Part shown: piece after piece, positions 62,493-64,000 of the stretch
Position numbering within the stretch: the stretch's first letter is position 1
How the letters are laid out: each line of letters starts with the position of its first letter
Source: Synergistales bacterium
Lineage (GTDB): Bacteria > Synergistota > Synergistia > Synergistales > JAFGMB01
Direction of reading: 5' to 3'
Length of the DNA stretch: 64,000 nucleotides
Assembly: GCA_963666205.1 (NCBI GenBank)
Contig: OY762654.1
Coordinates: 2,560,001 to 2,624,000 of the forward strand
Notes under the pieces: generated by a model
The model's input: the letters and a program-made list of their open reading frames with translations, nothing else
Database searches by the model: none
Told to the model about the DNA's origin: nothing
Program-made: the position numbers and the translations under genes

Positions 62493-64000
62493 ATGTTGAA
62501 AAGTTTAAAGAAAGCCTTTGGTCTGGATCCGAATGAACGAGCCCTGAAAAGATACAGGGAGATTGCAGACATGATCAACTCTATCGAAGAGGAAGTAAGT
62601 TCTTTATCGGATTCGGAACTGGTATCTCACATGACTCTGTTCAGGGAACGCATTGCCAATGGAGAAACTCTGGATGATCTTCTGGTGGATGTCTTTGCAG
62701 TCGTCAGGGAAGTTTCCGTAAGAACCATGGGTATGCGCCATTTTGATGTCCAGTTAATGGGAGGGATTGCCCTTCATGAAGCGAATATTGCTGAAATGAA
62801 GACTGGGGAAGGCAAGACTCTTGTTGCTACCCTTGCGGTGGTCCTTAACTCGCTGGAAGGCAAAGGAGTTCATCTCATTACGGTCAATGATTACCTTGCA
62901 AGAAGAGACGCCGAATGGATGAAACCCATCTATTCCTTCCTCGGGCTTTCCGTAGGGGTGATATACCCTTCAATGAGCAATGAAGAAAGGGTTGCCGCCT
63001 ATAAGGCCGATATCACCTATGGGACTAACAGCGAGTTCGGCTTTGATTATCTTCGTGATAACATGGTGATCTCTGCTGCCCAGATGGTTCAGAGAGGCCA
63101 TCACTTCTGTATTGTTGACGAAGTGGACTCTATCCTTATTGATGAGGCCAGAACCCCGCTGATAATCTCTGGTCCTTCAGAGGACAGCACGGAACCCTAC
63201 GTTAAGGCGGACAGACTGGCGAGGCAGTTAAAAAAAGATGTAGATTTTGAGGTGGATGAAAAAGAAAAGAATCTTGCACTGACAGAAGATGGAATAACGA
63301 GGTGTGAAAATATCCTTTCTGTACCGACTCTTTTCTCGGATATCTCCTATTCTGATCTTGCCCATAGGATAATACAGGCTCTTAAGGCTCATGTCCTTTT
63401 CCAGAAAGATGTCCACTATGTTGTAAAGGACGGGCAGATAATTATTGTTGACGAGTTTACCGGTCGTCTTATGGTCGGAAGGCGTTACTCGGATGGACTG
63501 CACCAGGCTATAGAGGCAAAGGAAAAGGTTCAGATAGGAAAGGAAAGCCAGACCCTTGCGACTATTACTCTTCAGAATTACTTCAGGATGTACGGTAAAC
63601 TGGCTGGAATGACAGGTACTGCGGTTACTGAGGCGGAAGAGTTCAAAGATATTTACGGTTTAGGTGTGGTGGTTATACCTACCAATGAACCGATGGTGAG
63701 GATAGATAATCCTGATGTTATTTTCAGGAGCAGGGAAGAGAAGTTCATTGCAGTTGCAGAAGAAGTGGAGGAAACACACGAACAGGGATGTCCTGTACTG
63801 ATAGGTACTACCTCAATTGAAAGTTCTGAAAAAGTCAGCAGACTTTTAAAAGCCAGAAAAATCCCCCATCAGGTCCTTAATGCTAAACATCATGAAAAGG
63901 AAGCCCAGATAGTAGCTCAGGCTGGGCACCTTGGAGCTGTTACTGTTGCTACTAACATGGCTGGAAGAGGAACAGATATAATGCTCGGAGGTAACCCTGA
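62493..64000 (+). CDS. secA: Preprotein translocase SecA (3' truncated by window)
   Basis: Absent from the ORF track; manual translation gives [36 protein letters not shown] and [11 protein letters not shown]. Confidence 0.97.
   Translation, partial: MLKSLKKAFGLDPNERALKRYREIADMINSIEEEVSSLSDSELVSHMTLFRERIANGETLDDLLVDVFAVVREVSVRTMGMRHFDVQLMGGIALHEANIAEMKTGEGKTLVATLAVVLNSLEGKGVHLITVNDYLARRDAEWMKPIYSFLGLSVGVIYPSMSNEERVAAYKADITYGTNSEFGFDYLRDNMVISAAQMVQRGHHFCIVDEVDSILIDEARTPLIISGPSEDSTEPYVKADRLARQLKKDVDFEVDEKEKNLALTEDGITRCENILSVPTLFSDISYSDLAHRIIQALKAHVLFQKDVHYVVKDGQIIIVDEFTGRLMVGRRYSDGLHQAIEAKEKVQIGKESQTLATITLQNYFRMYGKLAGMTGTAVTEAEEFKDIYGLGVVVIPTNEPMVRIDNPDVIFRSREEKFIAVAEEVEETHEQGCPVLIGTTSIESSEKVSRLLKARKIPHQVLNAKHHEKEAQIVAQAGHLGAVTVATNMAGRGTDIMLGGNP

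Overview
Core chromosomal region of a diderm anaerobe, most consistent with Synergistota (inferred from the SLH-porin, CsaB, heptose/Lpt genes and HrcA/CIRCE occurring together). About 60 genes, mostly on the + strand: ADP-heptose genes (hldD partial, gmhA, hldE, gmhB), an OmpM-type SLH porin, pfkA, tal, rho, pyrG, an envelope cluster ending in lptC/lptD-like genes, greA, a long rnj-uppP-maf-csaB-transketolase-ftsEX-ctpA-purA run, tRNA-Val(CAC), cstA, a 2-oxoacid oxidoreductase with two peroxiredoxins, folate genes, hrcA-grpE-dnaK-dnaJ, prmA, mtaB, nrdR, kbl, a liv-type ABC transporter, pgsA, an MFS transporter and partial secA. I found no mobile element, CRISPR array or rRNA. Best leads: (1) a BCP peroxiredoxin split by an in-frame UGA at the catalytic position, with a SECIS-like hairpin; (2) a porin leader made of hairpins with GGA-rich loops; (3) two unannotated secreted paralogues beside outer-membrane genes, plus an orphan VirB10-like protein; (4) a transketolase-like pair coupled to csaB that lacks several catalytic histidines; (5) tandem NrdR boxes over the nrdR promoter. 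All calls come from reading the sequence by eye; no searches were run.
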